Source: Deltaproteobacteria bacterium
Lineage (GTDB): Bacteria > Myxococcota_A > UBA9160 > SMWR01
Reading direction: 5' to 3'
Length of the DNA: 64,000 nt
Assembly: GCA_019310965.1 (NCBI GenBank)
Contig: JAFDDG010000007.1
Coordinates: 62,240-126,239 of the forward strand
Of this stretch, positions 51,263 to 61,000 are shown one piece after another. The notes under the pieces were generated by a model. The model saw nothing but the letters and a program-made list of their open reading frames with translations. It had not been told where the DNA came from and made no database searches. Numbering within the stretch: position 1 is the stretch's first letter; each line of letters opens with the position of its first letter. The position numbers and the translations under genes were made by a program.

Positions 51263-53629
51263 ATGCCGGCCGGGGTTCGACGCGCGCTCAGGGACGAGCC
51301 CGACCACGGCGCACGCTGGCTCGGCCTGGGGCTGGCCGCTGTCTACGCGGGCCTCGTGGTGCTGCAATTTCGCGCCTTCTTCCAGCGTTTCACAACCCAC
51401 CTGATCGGTGATCACGGTGACGCACTGCTCCAGCACCTGCACTGCGCCTGGCAGTGGACGGCGCTGGCCGAGGGCCGCTTCGGCGAGCTGTTGAGGCTGC
51501 CGACGCTGCACCCCTACAGCAGCGGCCTCGCGTTCGGGGAGCCCCTGCTCGGCGTCACGCTGCCCTTCGCCCCTCTCTACCTGATCACCGGGAGCAGCCC
51601 GGCGACCTACAACACGGCGCTCGTGGCGGCGTTCCTGCTGCTCGGCTTCGCCGTATTCCTGTGGGTGCGCGAGCTCTTCGATTCGCCGGCAGCGGGGCTG
51701 CTCGCCGCCGTGCTGGTCGTATTCGTGCCCTGGCGGCTGCAGCTTCTCACGAACCTCAACAACATGACGGTGCATTTCGCCGTCTTGGGGGCCTGGCTGC
51801 TGACGCGCTGGGCCCGCGAACCGCGCCCGACGAGCCTCCTCGGCGCCGCGCTCTGCTTCCACGTGCAGCTCATCACTTCCGCGCAGGTCGCGGTGGTTTC
51901 GATCTACCTCACGGGCATCTGGTTCGCGGTGGTCTGGCTGGCCAGCGGTCTGCGCTTCGAGCGACGGCGTGCGCTGCAGCTGACCGCTGCGAGTGCACTC
52001 TTCCTGATCCTGGCGTGGCCCTGGTGGAGCTTTTTCCAGGAGGCCTTCGAAGCGGCCCGGGGGCTACCGCGCACCCGCGAGATGCAGATGTTCAGCTCGC
52101 CGTTCGGCGCCATGGCGAGGCAGTTCGGCCTGCTCGGTCCGTTGGGGGCGATGGCTGTGCTCAGCCTGCCGGCGCTCTTCGTCGCGGCTCGCGAGAAGCG
52201 CCTGCCCGACGGGGCCACCACGCACCTGCTCGGTCTGTGCCTCGGCGCCGCCGTGCTCTTCGTCTGCGGTCGCGGGCCGTACTGGAGCACGGCAAGCCAG
52301 AGCGTGAACCCCGGCTACCACCTCACCCAATGGCTGCCGCTGCTGTCTGCCTACCGCGCCCCGATTCGACTTGCCGCGTTCACACCGATCGTGGCAGCGG
52401 TGCTGGCGGGCGGCGGCTTCGCGGCGCTGCTCGCGAACCTTCGCGTCAGCTCCGCACGCTGGCGCGTCGCATGGCTGTGCGCGCCATTGCTGCTCGTGCC
52501 GCTCTGGCCGAGTCTCGGCACAGATATGGGCGCTCCGATCCGCGAACGCCCGGCCGACCTGGCGCTGGCACGGGCCCTGGCGGAGCTGCCGCGCGACGCG
52601 GTGATCCTACCCCTGCCCGTCGACCTCGATCCGTCCGGTGCCGCCGTCGACGAACGCGTGCTGATCCATCGGCGCGCCCAGATCGGCGGCTTCGCATCGC
52701 TGATCCCACCGGTTTTTCGCAGCGCCATCTCGGAGCTTGGCCAATGGCCGTCGGCCGGTCACGAGATCATCGCGACGCTCGGCGTCACCCACGTGGTCGC
52801 GCCCGATGCCTGGGTGGTCGATCGCAGCGACGAGCTCGAGCGCCACGGCTACCGCCTGGTCACTCGCCGCGGCGGCCACGCGATCGTGGCGGCGCCAACC
52901 GCCGCACCCGCGCACAGCGCCACCTCGACCCGACTTCTGGTACCGCCAGCGGCCGCCGCCGGCCGCTGGCTGACTCTCGCCATCTTCGAGGATCCAGCGC
53001 GCTTCCATCGCCGCGGTCACCAGGTTCTCACTGCGACCTGGCACGCCAGCGACGGCGCAGCGACCGACGTCGAGGCCCTGGCGATCCTGCCCGGAGTCGT
53101 CAGCCGCCACCGGCCGATTCGCCTGCACGTGCCAACACCGGAAGCGCCGGGTCTCGCACGGCTCGAGATCGCGTCCGAGTTGGTGTCGGTGTCGAAGGAG
53201 GTCTCCATCGAGGCGCGTCCGACTTCCTTCGATGCGCCGATCGGGCCGATCGACGTGACACTCGCGGCGGACTTCGCGCAGCCGGCTTCGGTGCGCGCGA
53301 GCGCGGCGTTTCCCGTCGACGTCGAGCTCAGCGCAGCCGGCGGTCCCATCCTGCTGGCGAGCTCCCGAGAGGCGCTGCCCTTCCGTCGGGGCGAGACCCT
53401 CGTCCTGGCGCGCTATCGGCCAGCGCGCGGCAACTCGGGCATCTTCGCGACCCCCGGCCTGTCCGCCGACCTCGTGCCCGGCACGGGTCTCTCGCTGCGC
53501 TGGCATCTCGCGACGCCCGCAGTCAGCGGCATCTACGACCTGGAGGTCAGCTTCCTGGCGCACGGCGCCCCCACCCTGCCGGCGCCCTGGGTACGTCTGA
53601 TCTCCGGGCTGCACGTCGTCGCCGACTGA
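51263..53629 (+). CDS. Large polytopic membrane protein with a C-terminal extracytoplasmic domain (GT-C / YfhO-like architecture, family not recognised)
   Basis: 788 aa. There are at least 10 hydrophobic helices in the first roughly 430 aa, then a soluble beta-rich-looking domain. Codon bias is consistent with coding. Confidence 0.6.
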   Translation: MPAGVRRALRDEPDHGARWLGLGLAAVYAGLVVLQFRAFFQRFTTHLIGDHGDALLQHLHCAWQWTALAEGRFGELLRLPTLHPYSSGLAFGEPLLGVTLPFAPLYLITGSSPATYNTALVAAFLLLGFAVFLWVRELFDSPAAGLLAAVLVVFVPWRLQLLTNLNNMTVHFAVLGAWLLTRWAREPRPTSLLGAALCFHVQLITSAQVAVVSIYLTGIWFAVVWLASGLRFERRRALQLTAASALFLILAWPWWSFFQEAFEAARGLPRTREMQMFSSPFGAMARQFGLLGPLGAMAVLSLPALFVAAREKRLPDGATTHLLGLCLGAAVLFVCGRGPYWSTASQSVNPGYHLTQWLPLLSAYRAPIRLAAFTPIVAAVLAGGGFAALLANLRVSSARWRVAWLCAPLLLVPLWPSLGTDMGAPIRERPADLALARALAELPRDAVILPLPVDLDPSGAAVDERVLIHRRAQIGGFASLIPPVFRSAISELGQWPSAGHEIIATLGVTHVVAPDAWVVDRSDELERHGYRLVTRRGGHAIVAAPTAAPAHSATSTRLLVPPAAAAGRWLTLAIFEDPARFHRRGHQVLTATWHASDGAATDVEALAILPGVVSRHRPIRLHVPTPEAPGLARLEIASELVSVSKEVSIEARPTSFDAPIGPIDVTLAADFAQPASVRASAAFPVDVELSAAGGPILLASSREALPFRRGETLVLARYRPARGNSGIFATPGLSADLVPGTGLSLRWHLATPAVSGIYDLEVSFLAHGAPTLPAPWVRLISGLHVVAD

Positions 53630-53697
53630 TGCGACGGAGCCGCACACGCGCTGGGCTAGCCTGCAGCGCTCGGAGGCAACAGCGGGTGAAACGGACC

Positions 53698-55002
53698 ATG
53701 CGAGAGCGGCTCGCCGTGGGGCGGCTCGGGAGCTGCGCGACATTGCTCGCGCTGGTGGCGGCCTGTGTCCCGGCGCAAGCGCCGGAACGGCGCGCACTCG
53801 TGATCGGTCTCGACGGCGCGACCCTCGCCGTCACGCGCCCATTGATTGCGGCCGGGCGCCTGCCGCATCTGGCACGGTTGGCCGAAGCCGGCGTCCACGG
53901 GCCGCTCGTCTCGTCGCTGCCGATCCAGTCCCCGCGCATCTGGAATACCATCGCGACGGGAAAGACCCCCCGGCGCCACGGCATCCTCTCGTTCACCTTC
54001 GACGCAGCGAACGGCGAGCGCCGCCTGTATCTCTCCCGCCACCGCAAGGTGCCCGCTGTGTGGAACATCCTGAGCCAGCACGGCGTCAAGGTGAGCGCCG
54101 TCAACTGGTGGAACACCTGGCCGCCCGAACGCATCAACGGCGTGATGGTGTCGGACCACTTCTTTCCCGGGCAGCTTTCCGGCCGCGAGGATCTCTTCAA
54201 GGCCGGCGGCGGCGAAGGTGGCCCCAGTGTTTCCCCGATCGACTGGGAGGCGCGCGCAACTCAGGTCGCCGAGCGCGACACGAACCCCACGGCATTCGAG
54301 AATCCCTTTCTCGAGCGCGGCAACCTGCCGCGCTGGACCCACCTCGGGTCGCTGGCGGATGTATTCGATACCGACCGGCGTGTGGCACAGGTCGCTCTGG
54401 AAATCGCCGAGGCCGAGTCGCCGCAGGTGCTGATGGTCTATTTCCCCGGCATCGACCGAGTCTCGCATTCTCTGTGGATCGGAGTCGACGCCACACACAA
54501 CTTCCCGCCGGAGTTCCGCCTCACGGATGCCGAACGCACGGCGGCACGCAACGCGCTCGAGAATTACTACGCCTACACCGACGCGTTGGTCGGTCACCTG
54601 CTCGCGGGCTATCAGACGGACGATCTCGTGATCGTGCTGTCGGACCACGGCTTCGAAGCGCACCCGTTCGGCGATCCGGTCGACGGCCAGCTCGTGCTCA
54701 CGGGTGGCCACGAGTCGCCGGCCGCTCGGGACGGGCTGCTGATCGCGCGCGGCCGCGGCATCCCGCCGGGCGGCGGCCTCGAAGGCATGAGCATCCGCGA
54801 CGTGACCCCCACGCTCCTGGCCTGGCTGGGACTGCCCATCGGCGCCGACATGGACGGCTCACCGGCGCACTTCGTGGGCACCGCCCCCTTCGCCGAGGTG
54901 GCGAGCTACGACGACCTGGCGATCGAGCGAGAGTCCGCCGAGGCATCCGCCGTCGAAGGAGAGATCGTCGAGCAGCTGCGCGGCCTCGGCTATCTCGAAT
55001 GA
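53698..55002 (+). CDS. Alkaline-phosphatase-superfamily phosphodiesterase / nucleotide pyrophosphatase-like lipoprotein
   Basis: Lipobox LLALVAAC. VIGLDGAT, QSPRIWNTIATG (nucleophile region), FPGIDRVSH and VLSDHGF. An alternative ATG at 53629 overlaps the upstream stop. Confidence 0.8.
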   Translation: MRERLAVGRLGSCATLLALVAACVPAQAPERRALVIGLDGATLAVTRPLIAAGRLPHLARLAEAGVHGPLVSSLPIQSPRIWNTIATGKTPRRHGILSFTFDAANGERRLYLSRHRKVPAVWNILSQHGVKVSAVNWWNTWPPERINGVMVSDHFFPGQLSGREDLFKAGGGEGGPSVSPIDWEARATQVAERDTNPTAFENPFLERGNLPRWTHLGSLADVFDTDRRVAQVALEIAEAESPQVLMVYFPGIDRVSHSLWIGVDATHNFPPEFRLTDAERTAARNALENYYAYTDALVGHLLAGYQTDDLVIVLSDHGFEAHPFGDPVDGQLVLTGGHESPAARDGLLIARGRGIPPGGGLEGMSIRDVTPTLLAWLGLPIGADMDGSPAHFVGTAPFAEVASYDDLAIERESAEASAVEGEIVEQLRGLGYLE

Positions 55003-55371
55003 GCCGGGCTCGAGTGCCGCCGACGGATCGCGCTCGGTTGGCTGGCGCCGCCGCACGTGCGGGATTTCCGCTCGGGGCCGCGACAGCTGCCGTACACCGG
55101 CGCAAGGCCACCCAGATGCACCCCGGGGGGACCCGAGCTGGGTTGTCTCCGACGCTCTCGTGAGCACCGGCAAAACTCTTCGCACAGGCCGAGAGACACG
55201 AAGGCATTGACGGAGTAGTACGCCGGGTCAATTTTCAAAACGCGATCTCGTGACCCATCGCTCCGGGCGACAGAGCGGAAAATTCCGCTGCCTGGGCGGC
55301 AAACGCGTAGCAGCCCGATCCCGATCTGGTTAAAATCTGTCGCTTCCCCTAACCCCGCGACCGGCCAAGCA

Positions 55372-58098
55372 ATGTTGCTATCGAGACGTGCATTCGAACG
55401 ACTGATCATTTTCAACACCGCGATCTGGATCGTGGTGGCGGTGCTGGGTATTTCGGCGCTGGAGCGCTCGCGGGACTCACTCGAGGCCTACCTGGCACCG
55501 ATCGGCGACGAGCTCGGTGGCTGGATCGGGCTGGTGCTGGGCGACGCGGCGCCGGGGAGCGAACCGCTGCCGGCCTACGAGCTGCTGGTGGCGCCGCGCA
55601 TACTGCGAGCGGCGGAGTTCTCGAGCCCGGCACACGCGACGCTGCGCGACCGCGGCGCACTGCCCTGGTTCCCGGCACGCTTCCGGGCAGGCGAGGCCGA
55701 ACACGACGTACAAGCTCAGCTGGAGCCCGGGGCGGAGCGTGGCCAGGCGTTCGAGGCCCGGGCCTGGCGGGTGCGCTTCTCGGGCACCGAGGCCCAGCAC
55801 GGGTTGCGCGAGCTGGTGCTCCTGCCGGCGGGCGTGCGCCATCACGCCACGGCACTCGTCGCGCGCAGAGTCGCCCGGGAGCTGGGGCTCGTCTCGCCGC
55901 CCGGCGGCTTCGCCACCCTGCGCATCAACGGCGTCAATGCCGGCCCGTTCTTCTGGAGCGAAAGCATCGGTCGCGGGACCTTCACGCGCCTGGGCATCCC
56001 GGACGGTGAGATCCTGGCTCCCGTCAGCGGCAGTCCGCACCTGCCGCGAGCCCTGGGCAGTGCGGTGCGGGAGGAGCTGACGTTCGCCCACTACACGCTC
56101 ACGGCAGAGAACGGCCCCGCACCGGGCCGGGCGCGCGACAAGCTGCGACACCTGCTCGCATTGACTCGCGACGCCGACGACGCGCGTTTCGGATCCGACG
56201 TGGCCCAGCTGCTGCACGTCGAGCGCTACCTCGCATGGAACGCGCTGAGCTGGCTCTTCGGCAGCTCCGACTCCAACTCCTTCCTCGAGTTGGCCTGGTA
56301 CTTCGATCCGGTGACGGGGCTGCTCGAGCCCAGCGTCGAACGCTTCGGTTCGACGCCGCGACTCAAGGACACCGCCCGCTTCGATGCAGAGGAGACGTCG
56401 CGACTGACCGAGCGACTGCTGCGCATCCCGCGCTACCGACAGCGCCGCAACGAGATCCTCTGGCGCCTGGTCGGCGACCCGGATCGCGACATCGTCGATG
56501 ACGCCGACGCGCAGCTCGGCTCCGTGCTGGTGCGCCTGGCTCGGGCACCGGGCTCGCTCACGCGCCTTCACGCGTTGGCCGAGCTGCGGCGCGATTCGAG
56601 GGAGACCCTCAGCCACAATGCCGCCGTGTTCCGGGCCGCACTGGTGACCGGGCACGTCGACGTCGAACCGACGTTCTCGACGGCCGGGCGCAAGGCGCAC
56701 CTCCGCCTGGCACTCACGCCCCGCGGCCCGGCGGACATCCTGCTGACCGAGATTCGCTTCGACGTGAGCTCGCTGTCGTTCGCTCGCGAGGGGGAGGCGC
56801 TGCTGAGCGTGCGCGACCCGCGCGGTCGCGAAGTGCTGCGCGCCACGCTCGCGCCGGAAATCAGCGGCAGCACGATCATCCTGCGCCCCGACCCGGTGGT
56901 GCTCTCGCCGACTCGCGCGACGATTTCCGAGACCGAGTCGCGCGCCGCCGCCGCTGCGTGGCACGCAGAAATCACGCTGCCGTTCTTCCAGGCGCGCAGC
57001 TGGACGAGCCCGGGCTTCCTCGAGCAGATCGAGATCGCCTACCGCAACTCGATCACCGGGCGCTCCCTGGCGCCCACACAGCTCTTCTTCTCGCCCGAGG
57101 CCGACGACGACGACGCACACGGCAGCGTGGCCAGCCGCAACAGCATTCGCGATGTCGTGAGTGCGTCCGGGCTGCCGCTCGCGATCCGGGGCGACGAGCT
57201 GTGGCTCCGCGCCGGAGACCACGAGCTCGCGTCGACTCTGGTGGTGCCGTCGAGCCATCGACTGCGGCTGGCGCCGGGGGTGCGGCTGCGACTCGGCCCG
57301 GATGTGAGCATCCACACGGTTCGCGGGCTCAGCGCTGAGGGCACCGCGGAGGCCCCCATCGAAATCATGGCGCGGGATCCGCAGCAGCCGTGGGGCAGCC
57401 TCGCGATCGCCCGCGCTCCGGAAGTCTCGAGCCTCCGCTTCGTCGCGATCTCCGGCGGTTCCCAGACGAGCTTCGACGGCATCGAGTTCACCGGTCAGAT
57501 CGCCTTCCACGCAGCCGACGCAATTCTTCGCGACGTGGAGATTCGCGACAGCGTCGCGGACGGTCTGAGCCTGCAGCGCAGTCGCTTCGACATCGCCCGC
57601 TCGCGCTTCGTCGCCAACGCTGGCGACGGACTCGATGCGGGCTGGTCGCAGGGCAACGTAAACGAGAGCCTGTTCGCAAACAACGGCGACGACGGCCTGG
57701 ACCTCGGCACCTCGGAGGCGCTGGTTGCGCACAGCGAATTCCGTCAGATGACCGACAAGGGAATCAGCGTTGGCGAGCGCAGCCGCGCGTCGGTGACGGA
57801 CTGCGCCGTGCTCGACTCCTCCATCGGAATCGCCTCGAAGGAGGATTCGCGGGTCACGATTTCCGGAACACAGTTCCGCGGCAACCACACGGGCCTCGCA
57901 CTCTACAGCGACAATCAAGCCTACGGCGGCGGCTTTGCCGCGGTGCGCAACAGTGTCTTCTCCGGCAACGTGAACGACATGGACGTGGCACCGGAGTCCT
58001 CGATCGAAGTAGCCGACGTGACCCGCGAGCGGGAGAACACGCTGGCCCGCTCCTTCAGCGTGTTCCTTTCGAGCCTGGCCACGAGCGGCGCTCGCTAG
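55372..58098 (+). CDS. CotH kinase-family protein fused to right-handed beta-helix (PbH1) repeats, N-terminal TM anchor
   Basis: TM helix LIIFNTAIWIVVAVLGI. CotH-like ATLRINGVNAGPFFWSE and YLAWNALSWLFGSSDSNSFLELAWYFDP. The C-terminal repeats are of the type ...ANAGDGLDAGWS...NNGDDGLDLG...DKGISVG... Confidence 0.8.
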   Translation: MLLSRRAFERLIIFNTAIWIVVAVLGISALERSRDSLEAYLAPIGDELGGWIGLVLGDAAPGSEPLPAYELLVAPRILRAAEFSSPAHATLRDRGALPWFPARFRAGEAEHDVQAQLEPGAERGQAFEARAWRVRFSGTEAQHGLRELVLLPAGVRHHATALVARRVARELGLVSPPGGFATLRINGVNAGPFFWSESIGRGTFTRLGIPDGEILAPVSGSPHLPRALGSAVREELTFAHYTLTAENGPAPGRARDKLRHLLALTRDADDARFGSDVAQLLHVERYLAWNALSWLFGSSDSNSFLELAWYFDPVTGLLEPSVERFGSTPRLKDTARFDAEETSRLTERLLRIPRYRQRRNEILWRLVGDPDRDIVDDADAQLGSVLVRLARAPGSLTRLHALAELRRDSRETLSHNAAVFRAALVTGHVDVEPTFSTAGRKAHLRLALTPRGPADILLTEIRFDVSSLSFAREGEALLSVRDPRGREVLRATLAPEISGSTIILRPDPVVLSPTRATISETESRAAAAAWHAEITLPFFQARSWTSPGFLEQIEIAYRNSITGRSLAPTQLFFSPEADDDDAHGSVASRNSIRDVVSASGLPLAIRGDELWLRAGDHELASTLVVPSSHRLRLAPGVRLRLGPDVSIHTVRGLSAEGTAEAPIEIMARDPQQPWGSLAIARAPEVSSLRFVAISGGSQTSFDGIEFTGQIAFHAADAILRDVEIRDSVADGLSLQRSRFDIARSRFVANAGDGLDAGWSQGNVNESLFANNGDDGLDLGTSEALVAHSEFRQMTDKGISVGERSRASVTDCAVLDSSIGIASKEDSRVTISGTQFRGNHTGLALYSDNQAYGGGFAAVRNSVFSGNVNDMDVAPESSIEVADVTRERENTLARSFSVFLSSLATSGAR

Positions 58099-61000
58099 TT
58101 CACCGCCGCGTCCGAACGCATCCAGCCGAGCATGTTGTAGAAATCGACACCGGTCAGCGGGAAGAAGCGATAGTTCTCCTCGCGCAGATCGCTCGGATCG
58201 CCCCGCTCGCCCACCACGGTTCTACCTTCCGGCAGGTTGTTCGCACTGTCGAACGTGCGTCCGATGCTCCCGCGAATGAAGACCGTGTCTTCGTCGACCA
58301 ATGCGTCAAAGCCGATACCGCGGTGCAGCGCCGCCACGACGCTCGCATCGAAGGTATGTCCGGTACGAAAGTTGGCGCGCTCGATCGCCCGGACGAGTCC
58401 GCGAAGGCGGGCGCTCTCGTCCGGGGCCTCCCGCGCAGATGCGAGCAGCTGGAACACCTCCAGAGAGCGTAGGATCGCGGCTCGCTCGCGGCCGCGGGCG
58501 AACCGAATGCCGCGGCGGCCGAGCCGGCGGTCCCGTCGCCGCACCTCGTCGACGAGCCGCCGCACGCGACGCACGGAGACACCGAGCTCCTGGGAGAGCA
58601 GCGACCAGAACTCGGCCTCGCTCAGCGCCAGCAGGCGCTCGAGCGCCTCGGCCCGGTAGTGCACACTGGCGCGGGTCACCAGGCGCTGCCAGCGGCCGCT
58701 GGGCTTGCCGCTCACCTCCCAATCGGCCGCATCGAAGTCCCGGGCCACGGCGGCATCGAGCGCGCCGAGACCGGCCAGGAAATCGTAATAGCCGTCGAAC
58801 TCGTCGCTGTGGGCGTTGAGATCCTCCACGTGGTACTTGGACACGACGGTCGCACCGTCGCGACGCATTTCGGCCAGCTGGCTCGCCTTGTTGTACCCGG
58901 TGACCTCGAGAGCCTGAACCTCACCGTTGTCCAGGAATCGCCAATGCGATGAGTGCTGACGCTGCGCCTGAAGCTCGACGCGCAGGGTGTCTCCTGCAAG
59001 CGTGGCGTGGACGATCGTCTCGTCCCGCGCCCGACGAGACGCACCCACGAAGAGGAGCGACCAGTGCAGGTCTCGCGAGGCGAAGCTCGACGACACCCGG
59101 GTGGGATCGCGAAGCTGGATCGAGACGAGCTCGCTCGGATCGTCGTAGCGGACGAGCCGCTCGATCACCGGAGTGCCGTCGGCCCCGATCACGTCGAGCC
59201 TCGCGGGATCGAGATGCCAGGCGAAACCGCTGAGATCGCCGCGGGCGATCTCCCCCCAGGCGAACGGGATCTCCACGACCGCCGGCTTGAGAAAGCCCCG
59301 GACAAGCACGCGCCAGTACTCGGGCCGATCCACCCAGACGAGCGGCACCTCTCCAAGGAGGTCGACGACGCTGCGGTGACGCACGACCCGGTTGAGACTC
59401 ACGGTACCCCCGAGCACGTCGAAGAGGGTGCCGGAATCGTCGCTGCTGACCCGGCCGCCGGCGGCGAAGACGTCCTCTCGCATCAACACGTACTTGTCGG
59501 GCAGGTCACCGCGCCGAACATCGACGGGGAGCAGGAGACTGAGCACCCGATTGCCGCCGAGCAGGCCTTCGTGCCGGGTCGCGACGGGGTACGCCATGAC
59601 GAAGCGTCGGGCCCAGGCACCCTCGACGCTGGCGAAGTATCCGGCGGCCACATTGGCGCCGATGCCGAGCGTGTCGCGGACGATGTACTGGTCGAAGCGC
59701 GCGGTGGGAGCCGGGTTGAGGGTGACCCTGCGATCCAGCTCGATCAGGATCTCCGGGCTGATCACCGCCCGCGCGCCGAGCCGGATGCGCCCCGGATCGA
59801 TGCGGTCGACGGCACCCGCGCCCATCTGCACCGCCGCGATGCCAACGTCCAGGAGATAGCGGCCGACGGGTGCAAACAGGTCGACCCAATGCTCGCCGTA
59901 GCGCATGTTCGAGCCCTGCCAGCGGCTCTGCACCAGGTCGCCGTCCACCACGGCACCGTCGGCGGTGGTCAGCCGCCGCTCGACCGGCAACGGGGAGAAC
60001 TCACGCTCGAGTCCGAAGGCGCGAACCATGTCATTGCGGCGGTTGGCCAGCTTTTCCACGATCAGCTGCGCCACGGAGTCGGGCCAGCTCCCGAGCCGCA
60101 CGGCGGTGTCGATCTGCTCTTTCGTCAGCTGCGCAATCAGGCGCACCATCCATTTCGCATCCGCGTAGGTCGTGCTGTGCTGGAGGGCGCTGCTCTGGAG
60201 ATCGACATAGGTGAGCTCGATCCGGCCGCGCAACTTGCCCATCAGGCGCGAGAACGGATCGGAATCGACGACCTCCCACGGGTAGGCGTCTGGCTTTTCC
60301 GGCAGGACGTAGCCGAACGAATGACCGAGATCTTGCTGGACCAGGTACATCTGCCAGTTACCGTGGGCGTCCTGGCGCAGGCTCAGCTTGTTGTTCTCCT
60401 CGTTCTTCATGTCCGCGTTGGCGATCCACACGTTGAAAATGCCGAGGGCGCGGGCTTCCCGAGCGTTGCTCGCCATCCCATGGCGGAAGCTGAAGTAGCC
60501 GATGCGTTCGATCGCCGGCGCCTTCACCTCGGCCACCGCCTCGAGAAACACCAGGTACTCCCCCCGCTCGTCGCGGCCGCGGCCGGCGTCGCCGGGCGCC
60601 AGCACCGTGTGCAACGGGTAGTAGATGTGCATGCGCTGGCGATCGAAGTAGCCGGCCCACTGCTGCTCGATCTCGCGCATCGACAGCTTGCCGAGATACA
60701 CGCGCACGTTGCGCAAGGGCATCGACACGTCGACGTTGAACCCCAGCGCAGCCAGCAGCGCGTTGGCCGGCGGATCCGCGTGGACCTCCATGCCGAACTT
60801 CAACTTGAGGCGTTGACGGCATGCCTTGGGCTTCGCCTGCGCCGCGGCCAGGCAACCCGGATCGTCGTAGAACGCGTCGAGCTTGGGCTTGCTCTGGGTG
60901 AGACGCAGCTTGTCGAGCTCGAACACGGCACCTTCGAATGGCGGGAACTCGGCCACCAGACCCTCGTGGACCGGATCGCCACCCTCGAGATAATTCGACA

